A stretch of DNA of 64,000 nt from Orbicella franksi (GCA_964199315.1 OZ116698.1:21700001-21764000); one strand, 5' to 3'; counted from the first letter of the stretch, positions 33,951-47,400 are shown. Program-made: numbers and translations. Notes: a model not told the origin generated them from the letters alone.

Positions 33951-36882
33951 GCAAGTCTCACGCGACGTCATAGCTAACACGTGATCACGAACAAGAAAGA
34001 TAGCACGCTTTGTTCTTCAATTAAACGTAAACGCTAGATTAAGGAAATAATCACGTGAAATATCTTTGTACAGGTCTTCCTTTGCACCTGTCCTGCAAAG
34101 TAGCCGTTTGTTTGTAAAAATAACTTATTGTCTGTCACAGCTGTAGCACACGCGGTTTTAACTTTCATTTCATTCAGAAACAAAGCACCTTTGTTTCAAA
34201 TGAAATCAAGGAATAAACTGGTGCATGAACCATAAACAATGGCCTTGAATTTCAGGTTTGAAGGAAAAGGAAACTAGACCACAATGAACAAGGGAAATAA
34301 GAAAAGAGGATTACAAAATTGACACAGAGTTTTGTCAGTAAACGGACTGTATAACTGGGAAACTTTGACAGTGAATAATGCAATGTGAGAGCGCGCGGAA
34401 GTGTGATACTGAATTTACTGACTGATAAGGCGAACTATAAGGCGTATCAGTTGCACCATTATTAAAAACCGCTAAAGTATCACTTTTTGAGATAGTGTCA
34501 TTGCGTCCCACGGCCCTCCGAAAGTGAAATGTTAGTCCTTCCGAGGAAATCTGTAATCCTTATAGGAGCCCAAAGATAACTTCCTTTCTACTTTCCATTG
34601 TCCCAAGATCAAAGCATTAATTTCCCGTCCGATTGCTAGGAATGTTCTTCAATGTTACTTCTACAGAATTTAATAGTAAATCAAGACATCACCTATGATT
34701 TTTTATGATCTTCGCACCGGTTCACCTGATAATACACGTGTATAATGTTGCAAGCTAGGGGAATCGATACCTTGATCAGACTTGTGCTTCAACCCAAGAC
34801 ATGTAGGGCGGAAAGAAAGAGTCTATCTGAATAGGTGACGTCAGCTGAAAAATGACCGATTTATTTGCACAGTTCACTTTCCGACCGGAAAAGACAACAC
34901 CTCTTTTAGTTTCTGACAATAGAGACAATTGGCACTGAAATCAGCAAATGTGTTTGTCGAATAAGGAACAGTAAATCAAACCTTTAACTGCTTATCTCCA
35001 AGGGAGGGTGTTGAAAAGATATTTTCAAATCGGGATGAACGTCTCGCGTTCAGATTCCTCGCATGTTCTGAAAACACGACTTGCTCCAGTCACTTGTTCA
35101 GGAAATAGTCCTCCGGACGCTGTATAGCTCTGTTTGATTTTTTTCAAAGAATTCTCAACGGCACGATCTCAGAGTAGCTCGCGAACACCTGCCAACAGTT
35201 TGCAGGCTCTTGATAACAAACAGCGTGCGATGAAAATATCATCCGGCTCATTTACACTTTGTTGCTTCAGGATGAACTAAAGTTTTACGCAACTGCCCGC
35301 CCTTCGGTGTCTGGTGTACAGTAAACTCTGCCTGTGCCTGAAATAAATGTATCCCTCTGTTTTGTTGAAGTAGTTATTTGGTCAAAGTTGTCTTCTGAAA
35401 AGCGAAGAAATCGGATTATAAGGAAATTCAATTATAAAGTGATCTAAAACTTAAATGCATTGTGCGTTATCCCAGCGGAAGAACTTCCCGCCCTTTTCCA
35501 GTCTCGCTCCCATGACCTTTTCCCTGACTTAGGGGGGCAGCCATGGGAGCAGGTTTGCCCCTTTTCCCTACTCCTGTCCTCTTCTCCGAGAAGGAAACAT
35601 CATAACACTACGCTCCACAAAATATTTAGCATCGAATTCCATCGTCTCTCACAAATAACATTATTGGAATGGTTATGCAACTACTGGTCTGCTTCTTCAC
35701 CGTGTATAATTTTAGAGCATGCTGAAATTAAAACCTCCACGTTGTCGTAATCTTTCATCTTTTCGTGTATGGAAAGCTTAAATCTATCAAAGGGGAACAG
35801 TAGCGGTGAGCTATAACAGAGCCGTTTTTAAGTCATTAATGTGGCCTAGAGTTTAAGAATAGCCTATTTTATTGTCACTACCACAAGTTGCAAGACACAC
35901 TTTTGTTGTCTTCGAGTCTATCGACCAATCAGCTGCAAGACCAAGACTTTCCCGCGCTTCCAGAGTACGTAAAGTTGTACATATCATGCTTGGAGCTCTG
36001 ATTGGTGAATTCAACAGACCGAGGTTCATTCATTAGACGTAGTGCGAGAGGTTTCAAGTCACTGCAAAACGGCTATAACATGTCATAAGAGATTTTGGTT
36101 TCCTACGACACTCAGCCACGTACACTTTCTAAGATACGTGACTAACAAGTTGATGTCTGCTGAGAAATCAGCGTCAACTGCAAGTATCTCAACAGTTTTG
36201 AGTGTTCTGCTCCGGTGCCTTTTATTTGAAATCGTTGAAGCGTTTTTAGTCATCTTCAATCAGTTGACAGAAACAATCACAATTCAGCATGAGGGAAAAC
36301 GCATAAAGTATTTGCGTGTAAAATTCAGGCAAATGAAAGACTCTCTTTAGAAAGGCCTGTAAAGTTCTTTAATCAAGTTTCGCTTGTGAAGTGATTCTGT
36401 GTTCATGTCGTACACACAAACATGTACAAGATGCTCGAGAATGTCATAACAAGTCAACAACGCAAAGTTAACAAACCCCTGTCAGGTTACTTTTTATAGA
36501 GTTGCGGGTCGTCAGTCAATAACATGACAGTATTGCATGGGTCGCGCCCATAAGATATGGACCAATATTTACCTGTGCACGCCCAACAGAAAAACGTGCA
36601 CCGTAAAATACTTCTAACCAATTCGGATTAAACCTGGAAACTACATACTTACAGGGAAGCTCATTTCGCTACTTTCCTTGGGGTAATTTACGTCAACAAC
36701 AAAACAAAACGTCGCTTGGATTCCAACACATTTGCATAGATTTAAAGTAGCCCAGTTCCGGTTTGTTGCGCACCAGTAACCTCCTCTCATGCGGCAAACA
36801 TCATTAATTCTCAACAAAGCCAATTATGCTTTCATCGCGCAATAAAGGATCCTTCGACGGTGAGTTATAGAAGACCTTGTTT

Positions 36883-37112
36883 CACGCGATCCACCACTCA
36901 GCTCATAACCCTGCTGTTCAGCCGGTGTTTTGACAAAGAAATCGCCATATTTCGAACAACACGCGCTGTTTGGTTGCACGTGCTGCACCGTTCAAGCGCT
37001 AACTCGCCGTCTGATTGGCTACGGACCAGATGGTCCGCACAATAGAGCACGAGAAAAGAAGTGTGTGGGAAGGTGCAAAATGCATTTTTCCCACGGGTTT
37101 TAACGCCACGAG
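36883..37112. promoter_or_regulatory. CSL/Su(H) paired site (SPS) with Hes-type N/E-boxes
   Basis: TGTGGGAA 37064-37071, 16-bp spacer, TTCCCACG 37088-37095. CACGAG 37048-37053 and 37107-37112; CACGCG 36883-36888 and 36960-36965; CACGTG 36977-36982; CCAAT (reverse) 37014-37018. Confidence 0.7.
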
Positions 37113-38925
37113 GCCACTCGAACCGTCAATATTTACAAACTCATTCATTTTCTTTTGTTTCGATGTTCCTTCATAAACATGCATACCAAGATTCTGATTT
37201 GACACCAAGATTTATGCGATTTTTTGACGTAATTTTTCCTCCCTGTTTCAACGCCCAGTATCTACGAAAGGAACTAATTACGTCGCAAGCCCTTCTAAAC
37301 GAACTTCCTTAACAACAAATGGCCACAAACCATATTCACGCTAATTGAGAATTGTAGCGTGCTCCCTAAGGCCGACAATAAACCTGTTATTGTCTGCTAG
37401 GTTTCTCAAATTGGGCGAATGTCCAAATACAGAGCCACAAGCGTAAACAATTGTTCAGATTTTTGTTTCATTCCGCACAATTAAATTGTTAGTGGAATCA
37501 TACAAATACACTATTCTCGTGAAACACAACAAGAAAAACACACCTGTATGTTTTCTAATGCAATTCAAGGTTTTATTTCCATCCCAAAATACTCTGTTAT
37601 CGTTTATAACACAGTTACTTAATGAATTCCAGGTAAAAGTTATAAAAATAATATACGGGATTAGTACAGAAGCAACCCATCGGTCATGACAATGGCTAAA
37701 ACCGACTTGAAAACCCTTATACTTGTGATAGGAACTCAAAATACCTCGAGTATATTGTCGAAAACGAGTGGCGAAACGGTGGGGCATAAATGTTCTTCAA
37801 TGTACAAAAAATGTATTTACAGTCTTAAGATTTCCTAATTACATCTTAAAAATATATTAAACTTTTCTATAGCTCTATGTGTTTAGTTCCAACATGAAAT
37901 TCAATTATTCGTCTATAAATCAATTGCAATTCTTTTTTTTTTTTTAAAAAGGCAGCTACCTTTCAACCTCATCATATATGTGTGCTTTGTTAGTTTAGGA
38001 GCAGTATTGACTCACTGCATTTGCATTCCTCTAAAATACCACAACAGCTTATTATCTCGCCGGAAACACTGATCAAAGCTGTGTTCATCAGTAGATTTGT
38101 TGTCCGTTATTGTGAAATCAGTTTTAACGTCTCCTGTAAAAACTGAACCCGTTTGACACAACAGGCCTGAACAGGGTTGTGAGATAAATTGTAAAACGTT
38201 GCCCCCTGGTTACTGCGTTGATTAAAATAATTTAGAATTAGACGTGTCCGTTTGTTTTTCTCCGCCCCTGAACTCGCCACAAAAAAAAAAAATTCCGCGG
38301 TGTACGAACAGTTGTAAGTAATAACTATAACATTAAAATACAGTAGTATTGATAAATAACTCGACGGGACTAATAACATTATTGTATACAATAAACACGG
38401 CAGTTTCACCAAACGAACTTTTTTCATTGTAACACAATTTTACCTCTTAGAGAAAGTTAACTACAACAGTTAGTGGAGTTAACCATTAAACATATTAAAT
38501 TTTTTTGTTACAAAAAAAAAAACAATTTTACAGCAGCATCGCACATAAGCGCGCATGAAATAGTCACTGCCTTTAGACAACGGCCAAAATTCACACAACG
38601 CTACACATCAGAAGGATAACTTTTTAACAAAAGTGGAAGCGAAAAAAATGTGCTACTTAGTTTGTGCGACTTGAGACTGATGTTTGGATGGTCACGCAAG
38701 GTTTCTGCCGAAGTGTTGTGTGACAGTCCAAAGGGGAGACCTATAGTTTGTGACTACTCGTCACTGCAAGTAAAAGTTTATTAATTAATACGCTTTGGGG
38801 TCCTGGCTCCACTAACAAATGAAAACAGGGTGAAACAACGGAGTGTAACATCTATTGTGGCGACTCTCATCTGGACACTGGACAATGAAGTCATGGTAAA
38901 AACAAGTAAAGTACACATACACTGA

Positions 38926-41485
38926 CTAGCACGAAGACGATGACGATGATGAAGACCACTGCCCCGGCGAATCAGGGGAAGGGGTTGGGAACGAAACAAA
39001 CTTCTGAGGTGACGACTCGTAGCCGTTGACAAACGAGCGAGCTTGTGGCTGCGAAGGGAGTCTTTCTCCGCCCGCATAAACAAGTTGGTGGTTATGTAAC
39101 TGAAATTGTTGATGGTACATCGAATAATCGCCATTTTGGTAGTCTTTTCTGGGCGGCATCAAGTTTCCTCCTCCACCGCCGCAGCCGGGAAACATGTTGG
39201 AGTTCGTAATAGCCTGATACGAGGCCAGTTGCGAAGGCGTCGTATTAGGAGCCTTCTGCGCAGAGTGACAAGTTCTTCCATTAAACACTAGAGGCCGAGA
39301 GTCAGGGTGGTGCAAACCGCCATTGTGCAGATCCGGCGTGCTATGCACAGAGTAAAGTCTCTGACCCTCTAAGGGGTCCACCACACGCCTCACAGGCGGT
39401 GCTGCATTAGGTACGTACATACAGTCTGAAGTAGTGGGCACAATGTGGTCCACAACGGTCAAAGGCCCTATTGTCGAGCTGGGAGGGAACCCGCACATGG
39501 ACATATCCGCAGGATCGTTAAAAGGATCTATGTCGTCCAGCGGCAAATCGTCCCACCCGATCTGGACTTCCTCCAAGCCCGCCAAGTCGTCCGGCGACAA
39601 TATTTCTAATGGTTCTAATGGTGAAGGCGGCTGTGTATCAAGCGAATTTGGAGCCTGAAGCGGCGACAAGGTAGTCGAATCCGCGGGCGAAATGCCCGTG
39701 CTCCCGAGAGGAGAAAGTCCGTTTGTGATCGGTACACAATTTGGCGAAAACGCCTGTTGTTGTCCGGTAGCACAAGAAGTCACCAAATTAGGTGGCGAGA
39801 GCGTTGTCACAGTGCTCATGGCAGGGTACACTTCCTCATCGGGGCGTGCCTTCTTCCGCTTCCGTTTAGCATTATTGTTATTATTATTACTTCCTGAAGC
39901 AGTCGACCTGGGTCGTGTGCCAGGTGCTCTGTTGACAGTCGTCTTGGGACGCGCCGGTTGGAAATGAGCCACCAATGAAGGTGCGCCGCCATTGTGAATT
40001 TCAACCGCTGGTGGAGATGTTGCAGGAGGAGAAGCCATACCTGCGAGTGGAGATTTTTGCCCTTCGGGGGGTGAGGTGGGGGCTGGCACAGCCTTAGGAG
40101 AGTTACAGCCTAATGACCAATCCGTGAGCAATTCCACAATGTCGTGATGATGCCTCTGTTTTGCGATATCTTCCGGTGTCATATCCATAGTATCCGCGGC
40201 TTTGCGGTTAGCATAGTTCACTAACAGATGTCGTACGGTCTGGATGCTTCCCTCCCGACACCCAAGGAACAGCGGTGTTTGACCCTATAAGAGATAACAA
40301 AACGGAATTAGAATAGAAGGGGAAAATCCGTCTCGTTATAAGCGACTCACTAGCCGGGGTTAATATGATTAAGTTATTTTTTAACTAACCTTTTCATCTT
40401 GAGCATCCTTCTTGGCGCCATTCCGCAGCAGTTCCTTGGTCACTTCCAAGCTGTTCACGGAGGCAGCCCAATGCAGAGCGGTTTTTCCTATCAAGACACA
40501 AATCAACGGTTTTAGAGACCGCGGCGAAAGCTCAAATCAATCTCCAAGATATCAGAAACTACAGATCACACACACACCTTGATTATCCGCACTGTTGACC
40601 TTTACGCCGGCTTTGATGAGGTGACGCACGAGATCGGGCAAGTCATGCCTTGCAGCCAGGATAAGCGGTGTGGTACCATCGTCCATTCTAGCCTCAAGAT
40701 CCGTGGCACGATTTCGTAGCAAGATCTTAACGACAAAAGAAACAACACCGTTTAGAGACGGAATGAAAAATGTCGAGAATAAAGCGTTTTCTGCGTCGTG
40801 AACAGCACTGAACTTACCAGGTACATATCTACTTGAAGAACATGCAATACTAATTCTTATTTATCAGAACATGTCAATTTTTGTTTACCTAGCACACGTG
40901 GGATATCACTTCATATTTACCTGAAACACTCCCTGAGCATCAGCTCCAATAGCTAAGTGTAAAGGTGTGCGGTTGAGTCGGTCCCGTGAGTTAGCATCAG
41001 CTCCATAATCCAGAAGACGTTTAGCAACATCAGCTCTGGAATGTCGAGCAGCAAGATGAAGCGGTGTCTCATCTTGGTCCGTCTTAGATCCATAGCTTGC
41101 CCCAAGAGACAGCAGATCCGAGACCATCGCTCCTCCGCTGTCGTCGCTGTCTTTGTCGTCATCCAGGCTGCTGCCATCACCGTACCCACCGCGACACGAA
41201 GCCAAGTGCAAGGCGGTCATTCCACCGGGGCCTCTGGCATCCACCTCTATGTTTGATGCTCCTCGCTCGCCACTGCCCTCCTGAGGAGGGGTCAGAGCCA
41301 GCGATGGGTTTCGTACAGTCACATCCGCTGCTTGCTTGTGGAGGCTGGTCCATTTACGCGGGTCTTCTCCGTTGTCCAGCTTGACGCGTTTGGATTCTCT
41401 GGGAGGGGTGAGGTCTGATCGGCTGCTCTCGCCATCCGCACAAGCACCTTCTTCGTCAATTTCCGAGGAACTTTTGCTCATTGAT
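38926..41485 (-). CDS. NOTCH: Notch exons 16-19: ankyrin repeats, NLS (KRKRKK), PEST
   Basis: [51 protein letters not shown]; C-terminus [20 protein letters not shown]. Confidence 0.95.
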
Positions 41486-44400
41486 CTGGGAGAAAAGAGA
41501 ATGATGAAATCAGCCAGAATTCTTCCTTCCTTAAACCTCGTGTTCATGACTTTTGTAGACGTCAAGATGCCACAAGGACAAAAAGTTTACCTCATGGACA
41601 CTTCCTGGCCGACGGGTTCACGCCTCGTGGAAGACTGTCGTCGAGGTCGATGTCTTGGAAAACCTTCAGGTACCCACAGTTTGGCGTACACCCTCTTGGC
41701 ACCAGCCAACACTCCAACAATAAACAGTGGAATACCCACACACAGCATAGCAATGTAAAGTGGCGACAGAGGGGGAAGATCAGGGGGTGGTTCTTTGGGG
41801 GTCGGAGGTTCGTCGTCAACTGAAAAAAACCAAATTCATCAGATTGATGTCAATGGTTAAAGTAACTGTCTACTCTCATGGGCTCGTTGCGTAACGAGCA
41901 ATGCACGACATTGCGTGACGTCCGTGACGAACGGTCGTGCGCCTTGTCGATAGTATTTGATGCGTTTCTGCTCTTACACTTCTGGAACGCAAATGGAAAA
42001 TAAACAGAATCAGACTGACTTGCACTGCTTCAAGAGAAGAAATGACAACTATTACCTCTAACTTGATACACGGGGTAAGGTAGGTCTAACTTGTTGGAGG
42101 ACTGTAATGCACCAAGGTAGCGAGCTCCCTGAAAGCAAACCCAACAAGTTTCAGTTAATCCCGGCAATTAAGCTAGCAGTAACAACTCAACAGACACCTA
42201 ACAATCAACATATTTGAAGGTGAACTTACATCGCTCGCTTTGTAGATACACGTGTGTCCTGAGCATCCTCTCTGGTCGAGATCCACGTGAACTTCCGTTC
42301 TTTAAGTAAAAACCAACAGAGAAGGCAGTCAATTCACTGCTCGCTAAGGTTACATACTAGAATTTCATTTACAAAACCATCCCGTACAGCATAATAAACT
42401 GCACCACATGGAAATACTGTTCACTTACAGGCTTCTATTTGAATGGTCACACTAGTATTCCATCCCCAGACTTTAACGTTAAATAAAACCACATTGTACA
42501 GCATAATAAACCGTAACACATGAAATTACTGCGAAACAGATTTCACTGGAACAATATCCACAGGTTTCTCTCTTGACTGTGAAAGAGCTAAATCGCACTG
42601 GCACAGAACACATTGACTGAGTTATTACAGAACACTTACCCTTTCGTGGACCCTTCCGCTGCCCGTCTGACAACGTAATGAGTCAGCTTCAGGATAGCTT
42701 GTCGGCGTGAGCGCTGTTTCAGGGCCTCAGTAGGAGAAGGAATAGTCACGGAGTAGATCATTTGCTCGTTATCCTTTTTCTTGATAAATGCAATGGTTTC
42801 CAACACTGCAGAAAGTTCTCTCATAAATATTCTGGAACCATTCCTAAAAGTGTCTGGTGTTACCAACAGCACAAGTACAAGCGTTCCTTCGCCCTGGGAC
42901 ATTTAAGAAAGACATATTAATTTACCACTGCCACAAAAAGCTGCTGATGTGTACTGTTACTATACTAATGTATTATAAACAGTCGAAATCAATTTCACCC
43001 ACCAATTTAGGACTCCCTGTTTCACAGTCTAAACCATCCTTCAAGCAGGCTTCATTGTTGCAGACTGAATCACACACTGCATTTTCAAAGCGGGCAGCAC
43101 AATAGTCGTTATTGCTACGATTCATATAAAAACAATTAAAGTTAGACATTGAGCATCAGTGCGACAAACAGAGTTCGTCGAAGAGTCAAGGTAAACAGTC
43201 TATGCCCCCCTTAAGAACTGAAGATGGCAAAGGGAGAGGAGAGAGAAATGGGAATTAGTAACTCTTTGGGGACACAAGTTCTTAATTAAAAAATACAAGA
43301 GACAGACACAGAAAGGGTTACAAAGTGATTTGTGTATCATACCTGCATTCTTTTTTAGGAGGGCTGCAATCAAAACCGTCAAAAAGACACTCTACTTTGT
43401 TGCAATGTTTGTCACATTGACCATTTTTGAACACTTCGTAACAGAATTTTCCAGATTCTGTCAGTGCAGAGCAATTTTTCCATGGTTCAATTCCAAGGGA
43501 ACAGGAAGTGCCATCCCAGTTACAAGAATGAATGTTGCAGTTTGGCTACATTCGAAATAAAGGAAACATGCATGAAAGAGTCAGAATCCACAATAAAATA
43601 ACCTTAGTAATCATGGCTGCACTTCGTTTTTTGATACATTCACATTTTGAAAACTATTCAGCATGTGTGACATTTTTATCCTTTATCCTCACATAAACTA
43701 CACACACTTCAGCACAATACACTACTGCTGGAGAAAAAGTAAAAACAACAAGGTACATGTAGGTAGTATCTGCTATTTTAGTATGATGGCTCATATAGCC
43801 ATAGCCATAGCCACAGCCATAGCCATAGCCATAGTAAGTTTTTCTTGGACAAACCTGTCCAAGGGGGAAAGGTACAATGAGGTTAACCCTATGTAAAGCA
43901 CCACCCCGTGAGACAAGGCCAGACCACACCACTGGGAACTACGTACTCTACTCTTTTCGACAAGCGTGTGGGTCCTTTAACGCCTCCTGCTAACCATGTA
44001 ACACTGAAGATGCAGGAGACGGGGCCTACGGTTAATAGTCCTTATCCGAGAAGACTTGAACGTCTAATCAATTGCAGATGTAATTACAAAGGCAGTGCAT
44101 TCTCCTCAGTTATTTTAAGACCCTAAGTGTTAGTCCGACCTTCCGTATAGCAGACTGGCGCTCTACCAACTGGGCTAGCCAGTGCTTAACTACAGCTTTT
44201 GCAACAAGAGACAACCTGAATGGGGACGTCTAGGGTTAACCCATCACGTTTGTTTGTTGATGTCCATTTCCATAAGTGAGCAGAGATATGCTGCACTCCT
44301 GACAGCCTAATAATTGCATGTTATCTTAATCATGACAATAATTATGGCCTTTTGTCATCAAACAAATGAAACAACAAAAAAACACATCAACTTACATTGC

Positions 44401-47400
44401 ATTTCCCTCCATCAAACTTCTTTGCACAGTCATCACGGGGGCACTTTGCTTCTTGTTCACAGTTTGTACCGCTGAAATTGTCTAAAAGCAGGAACAATTT
44501 CATGATTAAAATACTATTCACACATAATGTCCTTAAAATAACAACAAAATTTGAAATAAACACAAGGGCAAGAACAAACTCATTCCCGAGTTTCTATGAA
44601 TAATCTTAATGCCGTTGACAAACTTCTGTTCCCTGTCAAACAATAGCTCAGTTATAATCAAGCCTGATCTTTCACCCAGATTCACGTTAACAAATTCATA
44701 CACAAGTGTTAATTTATATGCTGTGTACTTAACTGCCTTGAGGCAATTGATCCAGACAATCACTTCCTCTAACCAAACATAATATATCTGCTTAACATGG
44801 CATTAATTGCGTTTGGCCCTGCTTTTCCACTTTTCCACTCAGGGAATGTAATTAAGTCCTATCTAAGAATACAACATTACAACAGTGACCTTGGGACCAG
44901 TACTTAGATGAGAGGTTAACCAGCCATGACAAAGCAAGCAGTGCTTTCAGCTAAATTGTTTCCCTTGTTCAAAAGAGTTTAGACGTCAGAAATTCGTTTT
45001 AATATTCCCATACTGACGACACAACACTACAGAATCCATGTGGCGTCTAGCAAGCTGGTTGCTATTTTTGAGCAACCAAGCAAAACTGCCCAAATATATA
45101 TTAGAGACGCTACACTTACATGTACCTCGGAGAACTAAGTAATTGACATGACATTTCTTCAGACATAACTTGACTGAGAGAAAAACTGAGCATGAAAAAT
45201 AAAGTTTTGTTCAAAGAGTAAAATAAAGTTCACATGTTTACCTGGACATTTACATCTGTAGTGACCCACCATGTCTTCACATGTACCACCATGCATGCAA
45301 GGATTGCTTTTGCACTCATCCACGTCCTGTTCACAGTTTATTCCGGTGTATCCGATAGGACACTTACATGTATATGTACCAAATCCATCCTCACAAGTTG
45401 CTCCATTCTGGCAAGGTGTGGACAGACAGTCATCCTGGTTCCACTCACACATTCGACCATTAACTCCATGCATACAAGAGCACGAGAAACTACCGTTGAC
45501 ATGTGTCAGACAGGTGCCACTATTCAGGCAAGGATAATCTGAACACGAGGAGACTGCACGCTCACAGTTTAATCCTGAAAATCCTTTCTGGCAAAGGCAA
45601 GTATATTTGCTGGCACCATCTTTGCATTCTGCTCCATTCTGGCAGGGATTTGACAGACACTCGTTTATGTTAAAGTCACAGTTCTTGCCCAGAAATCCAG
45701 GCCTACACATGCAGCGATAATCATTATCAGGCAGTGAATAACATTTGTCAGTGCCTAGAGGTGAACAAGGGTTAGAAGCACATTCGTCAATGTCCACTTC
45801 GCAGCGCAATCCTGAATATCCCGCTCTGCACAGACAGGAGAAACTTTCCAGACCATCTTGGCAAGTACCACCATTGAAGCAAGCATTATCTGGACAATCA
45901 TTAGGATTACTTTTGCATGTATTACCAACATATCCCACAGGACATGAACAGAAAAAATCGTCAACTAGATCAGTACATGATCCACCATTCTCGCATGGGC
46001 TCGAAGCACAGTTATCAACATTTATTGCACAGTTGTCACCAACAAAGCCTTTCAAACAGCTGCAAGAGTAGTTTGACACTCCATCGATGCAACTGGCACC
46101 ATTTTTACAAGGTCCACTGGTGCAATCATTGATGTTGATTTCACAATAGCTTCCTGTAAAGCCAGGGGCACATGAACAGGACTGCATATTCTGGTAATCA
46201 TCAATACATGTTCCCCCATTCAAACACACATCGCTTCTTGAATTTCTGGCCTGAGCACAGGTGATATTCTCGACATCACAAATAACGCCTTTGAATCCAG
46301 TCAGGCAGTCACACTGAAAATCAGTCCCAGTTTGCTTACACGTACCACCATTTTTACATGGGGAGTTCTGACACCAATTGATTACATTTTCACAATTCGT
46401 TCCAGTGTAGCCAGGTTTACAGTAGCAGCGGTATGAAGCAATTTCGTCGACACAAGTGGCTTCGTTCTGACAAGGTGATGATCTGCACTCATCGATGTGC
46501 TGTTCACACCTTCGTCCAGAGAAGCCAGGTGCACATTCACAAAAGAAATTATTCTCTCTGTCGACACATGTTGATCCTTGTAGACAGGGGCTACAAAAGA
46601 AAAAGAGAAAGCATATAAACTTAGTCAAATTCATGAAATAAACTCTTATGATAATCATTCTTATTCTTATTATAGTAGCATTTAACAAGATTGTAACTTG
46701 AGAGTGCAGTGCAATGTAAAAGCAATTGCCTGAAAACTAATGAGCACTACTTTCACATACCACAGTTTCTTTTTTCTAGGTTTTTTTTTACTTTTACATG
46801 TATAACTGGGCACTGTTTGGAGTGAGAGGGTGAAATAAACTAGTGAAATCCTTAAGCATCTGAATTTGGGTTTGTTCTACCACCCACCCCACCCAACCCT
46901 CTGGGGGGTGGGGTCTTGAAATTGTGCCCTTTACTTTTCCCATCCACTTGGTGCAATGTCTCACTATTACACGAAACAACTTATAGTACAGTACACTGTG
47001 GTCATGGAGAATGTTTAAGTGACAAAAACATCAGGTACTAATTGAACCACAGTCTTTTTTAAGCAAATCATGCAAAGAAATAAATTACAAAACTCACCTG
47101 GATTTACAATCGTCAATATTGATTTCACAGGTAGTACCCCTGAAACCAGCGTAGCAATCACAAATGTACCTATTGACCCCATCTCTGCACTGACCATTAA
47201 AGCAAGGGTTTGCAGCACATTCATCAATATTAACCTCACACAACTGTCCACCATACCCAGGCATGCATTTACATGAGTAGCTATATTGTTGTGAGACACA
47301 AGATGCACCATTTTTGCACTGGTTTCCAAGGCAACTGTCAATTATGGTCTCACAGCTTCTACCTATCATATTGAAGAAGAGAAAGGAGAAAAAACTCTCA

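Noticed and set aside
29300-36650. Hes/Hey, NRARP or known cnidarian miRNA gene downstream of the SPS
   Set aside because: No bHLH/Orange/WRPW or ankyrin ORF found, and no match by eye to recalled miR-100, miR-2022, miR-2023, miR-2025 or miR-2030. A formal search is still needed.
41041-41758. Plus-strand ORFs (e.g. 41336-41758, and 45745-46071 elsewhere) overlapping Notch exons
   Set aside because: Antisense shadow ORFs of coding exons with no independent motifs.
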